Source: Amoebophrya sp. A120 (lineage: Eukaryota; Protista; Dinoflagellata). From it: a DNA stretch of 64,000 nt. The translations under genes were made by a program, and so were the position numbers. How positions within the stretch are numbered: the first letter of the stretch is position 1; every line of letters starts with the position of its first letter. The stretch is from contig CAJINV010000015.1 of NCBI GenBank assembly GCA_905178155.1, forward strand, positions 395,309-459,308, given 5' to 3'. The notes beneath the pieces were generated by a model. The model was given only the letters and a program-made list of their open reading frames with translations, made no database searches and was not told where the DNA came from. Shown here in pieces: positions 1 to 13,200 of the stretch.

Positions 1-812
1 GCAATATTTTTTTTGTAGAAATTCCTTTCCACGTCGTCAATCGAGGCTTGGGTCAAAAAACCGTGGTATTTCTCGTGCATCATCCCCACTGGTTCCTTAA
101 CGTTTTCTATGTCCTCTGTTGGCCACACCCCCGGGCCGTCGTTGTAGTCGATATTCTCGTGGTGTTTCTGCGGGTCCTGTCGTGGAGAGTCGCCATCGCC
201 ATCGCCACCACCGTCATCGCCACCACCGTCATCGCCACCACCTCCATCGCCACCACCGCTACCGCCATCGCCACCACCCCCGCCGCTAAATGGCCAGACC
301 ACGTCTCGAAACGAAACGCATTCTCCTTTTCTCGATCTCGTGTACAAAGATTCACTCCAGCCGTCGAACCAGGGAACGAAAATTAAAACGCAAGTACCGC
401 CTGCGAGGACGAGAAATACGAGGAGAAGAATGAGCACGCACTTTTTCGTGCAGCACTGGCAACAGCCCCCGCGGGAGGAGGTTGTTTCCACATTCTCCAT
501 CTCCTGTTCCTGATCTGCACCAGCATCTTCAACGTGTCCCAGTGCGTTCCTCGCACTAGTATCCACTGGTACAACTTCATCTCCCGCACTCAGCAGTAGA
601 GCCGCATTCTCGTCCCGGGCGGCCGCAGCGGGGTAGTACGTGGAGATCGAGTTTTCATCTCCTGCGGGAACCTCCATTCTAGGTCGTGGATCCGGATCAT
701 CATAGTGCAGCGAGGAAGGTGGCGGCGATAGCAGTTTTTTTGACGTGTTAACATCAGTCGTTACATGATCATCCCCACGACGGTGATCAGCTGCACGAGG
801 ACCAGGCACCAT
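1..812 (-). CDS. N-terminal part of a GT32/DXD glycosyltransferase paralogue (runs off the window edge)
   Basis: Open frame from ATG 812 (MVPGPRAADH...CCQCCTKKCVLILLLVFLVLAGGTCVLIFVPWFDGW...), colinear with 4690-5562; no stop before the edge. Confidence 0.8.
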   Translation of the reverse strand, partial: MVPGPRAADHRRGDDHVTTDVNTSKKLLSPPPSSLHYDDPDPRPRMEVPAGDENSISTYYPAAAARDENAALLLSAGDEVVPVDTSARNALGHVEDAGADQEQEMENVETTSSRGGCCQCCTKKCVLILLLVFLVLAGGTCVLIFVPWFDGWSESLYTRSRKGECVSFRDVVWPFSGGGGGDGGSGGGDGGGGDDGGGDDGGGDGDGDSPRQDPQKHHENIDYNDGPGVWPTEDIENVKEPVGMMHEKYHGFLTQASIDDVERNFYKKNI

Positions 813-1390
813 GGCGACTTGACGTCGTTCCACCTTTTCGCCGCTCCGTGTTCTGGCGGCTGGTTGTGGTACTGGCACTATGTATAAGTGGTTGCTATCA
901 AAGGATGATGCGTCGCTTCTAGGTATAAAATTTACTCATTTCCTTATTGTCCGCAAAGTGCACACTATGCAAGAAAAAAACTGTGTAAGTAGGTGTAAGT
1001 TTCTTCGCAGATCGCTGCGAAACCTTGGAAGGAAGAAGATCAGCTCTCACTACGTATCAGTAAACATTGGTGGTTTTACCAGCGTCTCAGTTTCGGTTTC
1101 GAAAAATCAAATCCGGAAAAGAGAAAAGCTCCTGTGCACAAAGTTTATTTTGGTTTTTATTTCCTCCAAAATGTCAATTTGTATTGCCGCTGCCAATTAG
1201 CATCAACAGCGGGGCAGTGATGTCATGATCTCAATTTTTTCAGCAGCTGCGCCAGTACGCGTACTCAGTGAACATTCTGCGCGATTCGTGATCAATTTTC
1301 TACTACTCCCCTCGAAGATGAGTGATCCATTTCTTTTGTAGTGATCCATTAATTTCTATCGTAGTGATCCATTTCTATTCTCAATAGTCT
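1..1390. repeat. Segmental tandem duplication, copy of about 4690-6230 (5' half of the gene plus upstream region)
   Basis: Colinear similarity including non-coding sequence, e.g. gccgctgccaattagcatcaacagcggggcagtgatgtcatgatc in both copies. Confidence 0.9.
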
Positions 1391-2149
1391 CGAAGTATGA
1401 CTATGAACATTCTGAAGCACTTAGCACCTGTATCCGGAACGGCAACTCTTGACGCATTTCGCTCTTTTGTAGACAGGGACGGAGTAGCAGTAGCGACGCG
1501 CGCTGCTTCCAAATCGGGGCGAACACATGAAGACTGCTCTACTCTACTGAAGCTAGTGTGTGCGAGGCATAAGCCTTGCGCGTTGGAATCTTCGAAAGTA
1601 CAGCGCTATAATTGTGCATCTTGCTACTTCGAGCTGGTTGCGCCTCTGGAAAGTGCAGGAACAGAATGCACACCAGTGAAGCTGCGCTGAACCCTATTCC
1701 AGAACGCGCAAGCAGGCGGAAACCACGTCTCCCCTGCATACGACTGATTTTCTTCGCAACAGCAACAGCACCCTACGTTTGTCGTGTTCACAGCATTTCA
1801 CTCTTCAGAATGCCTCATACGTAGAAAACTTCGGAATCGCTACTACTAATACTACTAGAAAACATAGCGTCATCAAATCAAATCAAATAGTTTTCAAGTC
1901 GCCTAGTGCAACGAACTCGAGATTCTACCCAGGGCTACAAGGGTAATCGCTCGCCAGGGGCACCATCAACAGAAGGAAGATTGGGAATGACACGGGCCAC
2001 ACCAAAGTGATTGCGAAAGAAACCTTTATTTCTGCCACAACTCAGGTTGTCATCATCATACATCATCTTTCTAGCATAGGGTAGGATTGCAAAAAAGGGT
2101 TGATTGGGAGGATGTCGCTATTCAATGATCGGCGCTACATTTTTATGGG

Positions 2150-2295
2150 TCGTGAAAGCGCGCACTGGAACTACTGTATTGTACATAGACGTAGGAGTTG
2201 TCGTGACTTCTAGAACTACTGCATTGTACATTGTCGTGAACTAGAAAGCGCGCACTAGAACTACTGTAATGTAAATTGTCGTGAAAGCGCGCAGG
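2150..2295. repeat. Degenerate minisatellite (gtcgtgaaagcgcgcactagaactactgtattgtacat-like, about 4 units)
   Basis: Units visible directly. Confidence 0.6.
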
Positions 2296-2506
2296 ACGTG
2301 GAAGGTGTATTGTACACAGAAGAAGGCACCCACACGTCGACCCCGATCAGGACGGGGCTTGAGCATGTCATGCGGAATTTGTAATGCAGGATAAAGTTCG
2401 AATTCGTACTGGGAGCAAGCATGCATCATTGGCGAAATCTGAACTATGAGCTATTTCTTGCTTTTGCATTTATTGCACAGCTGCTCGTCGTCCCTTGATG
2501 CCCTTC

Positions 2507-5500
2507 TTACCGACACTGGTACTCCTTATCCGGGACGCCCGGCCAGGAGACCCCTGAAACCTCCTCGTAACAATTATCGAATGCAAATATATGTCTGGGT
2601 CGTCTGGAAAAGCAGCGCGAGATCTCTCATGCAGCTTTTGCCCGACCCGGATCTTCGTCGGGCATGGCAGACCTAGCATCACAGATTGATAATGATTTCG
2701 AGCAGGTCTCCAAATGTTGCCTAATGCGCCCCTCTTTCGGTATACAGAACAAATGCGCCCCTCTTGCTGGCCATGCATGGCAGATTTTGTCATGATCTAG
2801 AATAGTTCGCATGACAAATTGCGATGCTCCTTTCAGACCCAGACTACATATTTGCCATGCATAGCAGTTGGCTGCGAACCACTTCCGCTCCTTCCAGTCC
2901 TCCATGTAGTTCCGCCCGTTGAGGTGGCGGGGGATTCCGGGCGGCAGCGGCTCGGTGCCACCGTGGCTCCATCCGCCGCCCGCGCGAGTGCCCGACCAGA
3001 CCTTTTTTACCACGGCGAGCTTATCGATCTCTGGGTCATTCTATCAAATGTAAAAATGTCTGGGTCTGGAAGAGTGCAAGTTTGTCATGCTTGTCTGGCA
3101 TGACTCTGAAATCTGTCATGCACATTACTGAAGAGCCCCACTTTTCTGTCATGCAGAAACGTATTTTGTCATGCAGAATAGGCAACACCTAGAAGCTCAG
3201 AAACTTGTCATGCTGAGCCAGCAATTGTCGCCTCCTCATGATATGCCACACAGCATCACAAGTTTCCAGACCCAGACATTTTTACATTTGATACATTCCC
3301 CGGAAGGGAATAGGCGATTTCGTGGTTGGGAAGCCAGTGGTTTAGTCCGTTGAAGACCAGAAACGCTGCGTCGCCCGGGCCCCCCTGGAGCTGTGAACAC
3401 TCCCACTTTCCGAAAACATCGCCTTTTTTCCGCCGCGCTTGTCGTTCGAAAATCCACTCCGCAGAGTCGATATCCTGTGCAAAAGTATCGTACTCGTAGT
3501 AATTGCATTTATGCATTACCAATTTCTTTCTCAAGGCAAATCAGCATTACAAATTTAATTTGTAGTGCTGGGCTAATTTGTATTTGTAATGCAATTTATA
3601 TATACTAGTACGATGCTTTTGCAGTTCATAGTCGAGGAGACCAGCGAGGTTTGAAGACGTCGAATTGCTGCTCGGAGGTCGTGCACTAGTCTGTGCACGG
3701 TTTGAAAGATCAGAACCCTGCTGACGCTGTGTACTAGAGGAAGTCTGTGTCTGCCCCCCGGCGCTTCGAAACAACGTCCTTCGCGTAGTACTTCCGGCCA
3801 GTGGTTGGTGCCGCGTGAGGGTGGCCTGCTGCAATACCTGTGGCATTTTTGTCACCTTCGCGGTTCTTGGGTCTGCGCGAAGTAAGGAGATGTAGAGGCC
3901 TATCGGCCCCGTGGTATCCCACACGGTGTTTCCGTAGGCGTGCAATTCCACGCGACGGAATATGTGGTAGATCATGTCCCCGAGGAGTAAGTTCAAAGGC
4001 TTCGCCGCGATGAAAGCGTTCATCAAGCCTTGTAATGAGGAGTCTTGATTCGGCCACTTGGGCAACTGCTTGATAGCCGGAAACGATTCGAAAAAATAAG
4101 GGTCTTTGACCCCAAACGAAAACGTGAAGTCCTGGCAGGCGAAGATGACTCCAATGTCGTCCTTGTTTTGCATTTTTTCCTCCGCAACGACCGTGCCCGT
4201 GACCGGGTCTCTCGTCTCTTTTCTTGGGGACCGGAACTTTTCCGTCCCGGAAAACGCCATCTCCAACAGCTTGTCCCAGCCGACGAGCGGGGCGAGCTTC
4301 CAGTCCATGTATACCCCCCCTTCCCGGTACAGGACTAGCAAGCGGAACAAATCGGATTTCATGGTGTAGATATCGAACGCATCGAATGCCCAGAGCATCT
4401 CCTTTTTGTAATGCTCCTGCAGGTACTCTCTGGCCGCATTCAGGTTGAAGAACTTCACTTCAAACTCCTTTCCCGGTCCCGCGTTCAACTTGGCCCACTG
4501 CGCAAACCCTTGTGTTTTCTCCGGATCCCGCCAGTTCTGATACCGCAGAAACTCGTCCAAAGTCACATCCTTTTCGTCAAAAAACGCTGTGAGAATCAGA
4601 GTTCGCGGAATTTTCGTCTGGACAGGAGGTGCGGGAGGTGGTGGTGTAGTTCCACTTCCAGGTGGAGCTGCAGATGGAGCAACACCAATATTTTTTTTGT
4701 AGAAATTCCTTTCCACGTCATCAATCGAGGCTTGGGTCAAAAAGCCGTGGTATTTCTCGTGCATCATCCCCACTGGATCCTTAACGTTTTCTAAGTCCTC
4801 GGTTGGCCACACCCCCGGGCCATCTTTGTAGTCGATTTTCTCGTGGCGGACGCGGTGTTTCTGCAGGTTCTGTCGTGGAGAGCCGCCCAGCAGGTTCTGT
4901 CGTGGAGAGCCGCCCTGCAGGTTCTGTCGTGGAGAGCCGCCACCGCCATCGTCGCCACCGCTATCGCCACCACCGCCATCTTCGGGACCACCGCCATCAC
5001 CACCACCGCCATCTTCAGGACCACCGCCATCACCGCCACCGCCACCACCGTCATCGCCACCACCGTCATCGCCACCACCGCCACCGCCACCACCGCCCCC
5101 GCCGTTAAATGGCCACCCCCATTCTCGATTCGAAACGCATTCTCCTTTTCTCCTCCATCTCGTGTACCAAGATTCACTCCAACCGTCGAACCAGGGAACG
5201 AAAATCAAAACGCAAGCACCGCCTCCTGCGAGGACGAGAAATAGGAGGAGAAGGATGAGCACGACGCAGTTTTTTGTGCAGGAGCACTGGCAACAGCCCC
5301 CGCGGGACGAGGGGGTTGTTTCATCAACATGCTCCATCTCCTGTTCCTGATCTGCTGCACCTCCAGCATCTTCAACGTGTCCCACCGCGTTCGACGTCGC
5401 ATTAGTATCCACTAGGACAACTTCATCTCCCGCACTCAGCAGTAGAGCCGCATTCTCGTTCCGGGCGGCCGCAGGGGGGTAGTACGTGGAGATCGAGTTT

Positions 5501-5562
5501 TCAACATCTCCTGCGGGAGCCTCCATTCTGGGTCGTGGATCATCTCCACGACGGGGCACCAT
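2507..5562 (-). CDS. Type II membrane glycosyltransferase, GT32/DXD sugar-binding (OCH1-like) family; 3 introner introns
   Basis: TM helix, Gly/Asp stem, then KIPR..., KSDLFRLLVLYREGGVYMD, NAFIAA and TTGP motifs. Frame restored by removing 3471-3630, 3042-3293 and 2575-2863, each plus 5 nt. Start and 3' end are approximate. Confidence 0.85.
2575..2863. mobile_element. Introner family A (TIR TATCAAATGYAAAWRTGTCTGGGTCTGGAA)
   Basis: TIRs; diverged DR acaat/gcagt. Confidence 0.8.
3042..3293. mobile_element. Introner family A
   Basis: TIRs; DR cattc. Confidence 0.92.
3471..3630. mobile_element. Introner family B (TIR TAT....TGCAAAAGTATCGTACT.GTA)
   Basis: TIRs; DR gtcga. Confidence 0.92.
4862..5100 (-). 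repeat. Coding 27-nt tandem repeat x3 (GGSPRQNLx) plus Gly/Asp codon repeats
   Basis: ggttctgtcgtggagagccgcc x3; only one unit in the paralogue. Confidence 0.85.
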
Positions 5563-7237
5563 GGCGCCTTGACGTCGTTCCACCTTTTCCTCGTCGCCGC
5601 TCCGTGTTCTGGCGGCTGGTTGTGGTACTATGTATAAGTGGTTGGTCAAAGGATTATGTGTCGCTTCTAGGTAGAAAATTTATTTCCTTGTTATTGTCGT
5701 CCGCAAAGTGCACAGTATGCAAGAAAAAAACTGTGTAAGTAAGTGTAAGTTTCTAGCAGTTACTGCTAGATGAAACTTTCTTCGCAGATCGCTGCGAAAC
5801 CTTGGAAGGAAGAACTTTTAAGACTTTTTTACAATAAATTTTTAGTTTATGGTAAATCATGCTGGATTAGCTTTCACCATGTATCAGTAAACATTGGCGG
5901 TTTTAGCAGCGTCTCAGTTTCGGTTTCGAAAAATCAAATCCGGACGAAAAGAGAAATGCTCCTGCGCACAAATTTATTTTTTGGTTTTTATTTCCTCCAA
6001 AATGTCAATTTGTATTGCCGCTGCCAATTAGCATCAACAGCGGGGCAGTGATGTCATGATCCCAATTTTTTCAGCAGCTGCGCCAGTACGCGTACTCCGT
6101 GAGCATTCAGCGCGATTCGTGATCAGTTTTCTACTATTTCCCCCGAAGATCATGAGTGAAGATCCATTTTTTTTGTACGTGATCCATTAAGTTCTATCGT
6201 AGTGATCCATTTCTAATTCTATTCTCAATAGTGATAGTCTGTCTCACGACGGCACCGAGAGAACTTTTCCTTGCCTCCAGCAAGTAGAGAGAAGCAGAGA
6301 GCAGTTTGTTCCTTGAGAAGACTTTTCGATCTTGATTTTGTTCTCGAAGTCGCAATCCCCAGTGGTAAGTAGATACAAATAACTGACTATGACAACAACG
6401 AGCAGGAAATTGTCACCTGCCTCAGTCGTGGTCGTGCTTGATTTCTATATATTTATTTCTTTACGTCTTTAGTGAGCAAGTGCAAACAAGGCTTGATCTT
6501 CGTGCTGTGGCCAAATTACGGAAAGCGGAAAAGAAAAAGCGCCCCCTGCGATTGGCGAAATGCGATTTCTTTCAAAAAGAACAGAAAAGTTGGAATCCTC
6601 TTCCTGCCTTTGTATCGACGCGTTCATTCCTATGTACCTATTTCGTGAGCAACCACGTATCGACAGCTGGTCCCTTATGCGCGAAGATTTTTCTTGTCGT
6701 GATAGTACAACAGGTATCAATAAAGATATATAAAACTTGATGTTGTAGCAGCTGATGGTGATGACACAATGCGCATGCGGTGCCGCTTCGCGGTTCATCT
6801 GCGCCGTGCCGCTTCGCGGTTCATCTGGTGTGGTGGTGCAGGTCAATTCAATGCAGTCCTGGTTTTAGAATGTCAGTCTAGAATGTTTTTGCACTGATTA
6901 ATTTGCTTTTGAAAAACAAAAACTTTTAAAAACGAGAAGAGGTGTTGATACAACATATATAATGCGATCTACAGGAGCTTGAAATTCCTGCGACGATAGA
7001 TCGATCGAGGCTCGTCTTTGCCTCAACTTACATGTTATCTGGACAAGAATACAACTGTAGACCTTGTCCTGGCATTGGGATATACTAGGGTCTCTACGAA
7101 AAACGGCCTGGGAGTGGTGCGAGTGTTGAAATCATGCGCATATTTTACAACAATCGCGAATAAATTGTTGTTTTTCCTCACACTGAAGCAGTGCTCGGTC
7201 TCGTCACAGCGAGGGCAAATAAGTCCGATTTCCTTAC

Positions 7238-10200
7238 TATCCTGGAGGAGGAACTTCTTGATGTAGAAGTTCTTGCACAGGCCTATCCGATATCAAATGC
7301 AAATATGTCTGGGTCCGGAAGGCTGCCAGGTTTGTCATGCAAATCCTGTATGATCCATGACGCCGGCGTTAATGCATGGTCTAGCATCACAGATTTTTAG
7401 AGGGCTTCCTAATGCGTGCCCCGCATGAGAAATGCCCTCTTCGCGTAGGACAAGCCCGACCCTTCTTGCTGGTCATGCAATGCAAATTTTTTTACAATCC
7501 AAAGACAGCATTACATACAAATTGCAACCTTCCAGACCCAGACATTTTTGCATTTGATATCAGCACTGCTCACCACGTTACTGCAGTCGTGCCAATATGA
7601 AATGCAAAAGCATTGCACTTCTAGTATAAATCACATGACAAATTGAAATTAGCCCAGCATTACATCAAATTGAATTTGTAGTGCTGATTTACCTTGAGGA
7701 AGAAATTTGTGATGCATAAATGCAATTACTACGAGTACAATACTTTTGCAGTGGATAGCCAGGCCTGGTAAAATTCATCCTCATCTCCCCCGTCTACTGC
7801 TCCGCGAATCGCAGCGCGAACTGATATGCCATCGTTTCCCTGCCGTACGAGCCACAAAACCATGGCTCGCAACAACGGGCTGAGCATCGTGAAAGGGTGA
7901 AGGAGGGTGAGGGTTTTCTGAAGTTCGTAAGCCTGCTGCGGCGGGATCGGGAAAGGGTCGTTTTGACCATGATCGTGGCGGGCCCCTCGTTGCTTGGATC
8001 TTCTCCGTGTGGGGTCGTTACTAGGTGGACCCACATCTTCCATATTTTGTACTGTCTGCTCTTCAGGATCAGGAATTTCAGCTTTTTCAGCAAGATCGTG
8101 CCTACTGTGAAACACTTGTTCACCTCGTCCAAGGGAAGCAGCACCTTCATCTGCTGCATCTGGCGGCGGGGCCGCTTGTGTTGATCCGGAAGACCTAGTA
8201 GTTTTCGCGTCACGGATAGAAGTTTTTAACTTCGCGTTCTCCCATACCCCGAGTAGGACCCCTTCTATCGGCTGGGTGTGAACGGGAAAGCAGGTTGATA
8301 AGTCCTCGCTGGAAGTAGTATCCTCATGCTCATCTTTCAGCAGATATTCTTCCATGCTCAGGAGAACGCCGACGCCTCCACTTCTGCCATCTTCAAAACC
8401 TTCAAAACTAGTCGTTTCCTCTGTGTAGTCGACATGTTCCTGCGCAGGATGGCACGACCACAGGCGCTCCTGGCAAAAGAACATGGCGTCATCTACTGCG
8501 CCCGCCCCGCCGGGAACGTATTGGTTATTTTCATCATCTAACGGCGGGGTTTCTCCTTGCTCCACCTCCGCGTCGAAGCGGCCATGTCGTTGCCCTCTAT
8601 CCTCCGTCTTGCCCACCAAGAACTGTCGGGAGGTCCGCCGTGGTCGTCCGCCAGCAGACTTTTCTCCTTGTTCTATCCTGAGTAAAAACGTCCCCACACC
8701 AGAGTTGTAATGCAGATTTGCGTAGACAGGAAGACTTGTAATGCGCATCCCCATGAGAGCCATTTCCAATCGTGTATTGGAATTTGTGATGCTGTGAACA
8801 GGATGAGCAGATGAATCTGTGATGCGGCTGCAATTGCTAACCTGCACTACACTGCGGAGTGCAACTTGTCATGCGTGACTCACAAAACTCCTAGGTTTGT
8901 GTTGCAAAATCCCCATCCTGACTCTGGTGTGGGTACGTTTTTACTCAGGATATGTTCCACGCACCGCCGCGGCAGAAACTGGAAATCCAGAAACCCATTC
9001 GGCCTGCTATGGTGTTCTCAAACGTTACATTCTCAACTGTTACATGAATTTGTAATGCAAGACTAGTTCAGGTAAGAGGGAGAATCTTGCGCGTCTTGCA
9101 TTACAGGTTTGGTGCGGACTACAGTGCTATTTAGCCCTCCGAGAACTTGTCATGCGAAGCAGCTTGATCGTCTGGCGGGTCGTGGTCATTTTGCATGACA
9201 AATCATGTAACAGTTGAGAATGTAACGTTTGAGAACCCCATACCTGCAGGTGGATGAGGATCTTCTTCTCGTTGATCTGTTTTCAAGGAAGACGCTGCGT
9301 TTCGGTTCATCCTGGGAAGTAGATTATGCATTGCAAAAGTATCGTACTAGTATAGATGCATTACAAATTTTCTCAGCATGAGAAATAAAATTTGTAATGC
9401 TGATTTGCCTTGACAAAAAAATTTGTAATGCAAGACTTGCATTTATACGAGTACGATACTTTTGCACAGGATATAGATCTTTCATGTGCAAAAGCCGCGA
9501 CTTTCTGGCAGTCTTCGATTCTTCTATCCAACTCCGTGTTGAAGTGAACAACGTAGAGCGCGTATCAATCGTAAATATGTCATCTGGGTTTGGAAACTTG
9601 TGATGCTAGTTTGTGAATTGATGTGGGGGCACTCCTGTTTATTTTGAGTGTGTGACACGACACTGCAATACGCCACCACGCATGACAAGTTTTTGAGCTC
9701 CTCCGTGTTTTGCTTTCCGCATGGCATCAAACTGCGTTTATTTTGCACCACAGCAACGAGGCTTTTTAATATTTCCTGCTCGTGCATCTGCATTTTTACA
9801 GACATAACAGTCATGTGAGGCAAGCAGGACAAGCTTGCGTTCTTCCAGACCCAGACAACAGGTTTGCATTTGATAGCGCGGAGTAGAACAACAGTGTGCC
9901 CAGAAAAAATTGTTTACTTTTGGAATTGCTGGTCTGGATTTTCTTGTTCATTTTTTCCCTGTGGGCGACCCGCAAATGTTCTTTGCGCACAGTCGCTGCA
10001 GTTTCCTTCTTCGCGTCCCTTCTCGCTTTGTTCCTCGCTGCAGCGGCTGTCAGCTGGGAATTTATTTTTGCACCAGATGACCTGATGTTATTGTGCTGTT
10101 GCTGTGTCGGCTGTACCTGCTGTAGCAGCTTCGGGGTTCTTGTCTCCTGGTCGTGAATATCAAATGCAAATATGTCTGGGTCTGGAAGATTTCTAGATTT

Positions 10201-13200
10201 GTCATGCATATTTTCCATGACCCATGACGTCTGTGATGCATGCCGTAGCATCACAGGCTTTTAGAGACCCTCCTGATGCCTATTCCGCATGAGAAATACC
10301 CTCTCCGCGTAACACAAACTGGACTCCTGTTGCTTGTCATGCAATACAGACTTTTTCGGAATTCAAAAACAGCATTACAAGTTCCAACCTTCCAGACCCA
10401 GACATTTTTACATTTGATAGTGAACATTGGGGGCTCGTGCTGAAGACGAGTCGGGGGCAGAGCTAGATATAACCTGCTCAGGTGTTACAATCTCAAACGT
10501 TACAATAGAATCTTGAATTTGTGTTGCAAGAAGTGCGTTATCTGTCCAACTCTCATAGGATTGCGCATGACAAGTTCTGGAGTCCCAATCCGCACTACAA
10601 TCTGGCGAAATTTGTATTGCAGAAAGTGGAATGCTGTCGGAATCTGTCATGCTCATCATGCAATACAAAACCCAGACTCTATTGTAACGTTTGAGATTGT
10701 AACGTTTGAGCAGGTCATACTAGAGCTACCGATTTTCCATTTCACAAACGCTTGCAGCGTCTCCATGATGAAGTGCTGATTCCCGCTTGCACTTGCTCCC
10801 TGCTCTCTACAATTTCTGGGACCACCACACGGCGAGGAGATTATAGTTCGTGCGGTACTGTCACTAGAAGGCGCGGCTCCTGAACCAGCTGGACTTCGTC
10901 CAGGTTTTGCTCCTCCTAACAAGTTGTCCATTGTTCCGTTGAAGAACATGGCGACCAGCTTTCTGGCCCAATGGGTGAAAAAGTGCTTCAGTTTTGCGAT
11001 CATCTGGCTCAACACATACCATTTTCGCTTCTGATTTCCATTTTTGCACCGGGTCGTGTCGTCCGCATTGGGATTTGGTCCTCCGCCCGTTCTGTTCGCA
11101 TAGATGAACCGATCCAACGCTCGGAAAAGCATCTGCTTCAACTGGAACAGCAAACGCAGAACCTTCTTTGCCCGAGAGATGTGAAAGAGTTTTTGAGCGT
11201 ACAGCCCGTGGCGCGACGATGGAACCGTCCTCGTGCTGGAAGGTGGTTCTCTTGCAGATCGATGTTCCAGATAATTATCCACGTGAGCCGCAGCCCTAAT
11301 ACTTGCAGCCGCGGCCCCTTGTTGTGCTGACGAGACGGGTAGAGGTTTTGCCCTCTCCTGCTCCTCTGCGAGGCGCTTTAAGGTTTCCGCAATGTGTTTT
11401 TTTCTCCTCTTCCCTCGGCCAGTAACAGAGTCTGGGCCGAAGTAGCCACGCGGAATCTCTTCGCCGCCGTCAATGAGGGGAAATCTCGCTTTGGAATGCC
11501 GCCTCCGCGTATCAAATGCAAAGAGACTTTGACTTGTCATGCACTTTTTGCGTGAGCCATGATGTCTGTGATGCATGCCGTAGCATCACAGATTTTTTTT
11601 TCGAGGGGTTCTTGATGCCTATTTCGCATGACAAATGCCCTATCCGCGTAGCAAAAATTACATTCCCTTTGGTGCTACTCATGCAATACAGATTTTTTTG
11701 GAATCCAAATGCAGCATCACAAGTTGCATGCTTCCAGACCCAGATGACATTTTTGCATTTGATACCGCGCAGCGTGGTCCAGCTTGGCCTGCTTTTTTGC
11801 CTCCGCAACCCGCTCCTGCGTTTCCGCTGGGGAGAGATAGGCAGGCTGCGGTTCTTGTGAGGCTGCTTTTGGCCCCCGGTCATCAACAGCAACGGTGGCT
11901 CCTGCACCCGGTCCTCTTGGCGGTGGATCTGCCACGAAACCCGGTCGTGCTTGTTTATCCCTTGGGACCTGAAGTCGCGGACCTAGGCTCCTAAGTTTTT
12001 CCCGGGCGGATGCGAAAGTCGACGTTCTCGGCTGCGCAGCGGCAGTGGCGGAATCTTCGCCCGAAGAAGTCGTGGTGGGAGAGGCGGCGAACGAAGACGC
12101 TGATACACTTTGCTGGCCGCACGACCTTATGAAATGCGAAAGCATCGTACTAGTATAAAAATAAATCGCATGACAAATTCCCTCAGCATGAGAAAGATGT
12201 AATGCGGATTTACCTTAAGAAAAATATTTGTAATGCATGATTGCAATACGAGTACGATACTTTTGCACAGGATAGACCTGTCGTCCAGTTTCGCTAGGCT
12301 CATATGCCACGGGACCGTCTTGCTCCGCTGTAGGCCGCCCTTGGCAGACTTATTTCCTGCTAATTGTTCATCTAGGGCGCTGCTGGTGCCATCGCCAGCA
12401 CCGTGTTTTTGTTTCATCGCAGCAAAATTTTTACCACCAACTACACCGAGGCACAAGGGGCTGTTGCCTCGCATCAAGGGCCTAAACCCTAAGCCCCCTT
12501 CTTCCTCGTCTTTCGTTTCATCATTTTCACTCGGGAGGACGATAGAACTTCTATCTCGCAGTAGCTCCAGCTTACTCAGCATCCGCATGTCGTCTGCCAG
12601 TGTCAGCATGTCGTTTGGTACGGGTGTAGGAGAAACTTTCTTATGCACATCGTCGAAAGAAGATGAAGAACCAGCAATACTGCATTCGCCGAGCTCTTCG
12701 TCGTCGCCAACATCGGAAAATGATGATGAGGACGATGGGGACGAGAGATTTGAGGAGTCCTGCAACAGGAACTCCAGAGCGGAAAGATCCTGCGGAGTTG
12801 TACGCTGAAAATTTGCTCGGCTGGCTACCGACGGATTGAATTCGATCTTCTCGGTCTTGACGCTCCCATCCTCGGCCTCGTCGAAGGTAACACGACGCTC
12901 CCGGGGGTCCTGTTGTACTGCGAGACTGTTCGAAGAACAGGAAGCATAGGATCCTGACGTACTTGAACCAGCACCAGAACCTTCTCGTTTCAGAATCGAT
13001 GGCTTGTTCATTGTCGTTCTAGCAGCAGCAGCAGCAGCGGGCCCTCGTCCAACATTATTAGGCTGCAAAAGCCTACAAGAACTACCCGGTTGACCAGCGA
13101 ACGATGCTTCTGCAGGACGGCGCGCTGCTTGATGTTCTTGTGCCTCCGTGTGCTTTTTCAGGAGTTTCTGTAGCTGGTCCGCCCACTGAACATCTGTAGC

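Noticed and set aside
3042-3293. TA as a Tc1/mariner target-site duplication
   Set aside because: A 5-nt DR lies outside the TA on both sides, and frames are restored by removing both TAs plus 5 nt, so TA belongs to the TIR.
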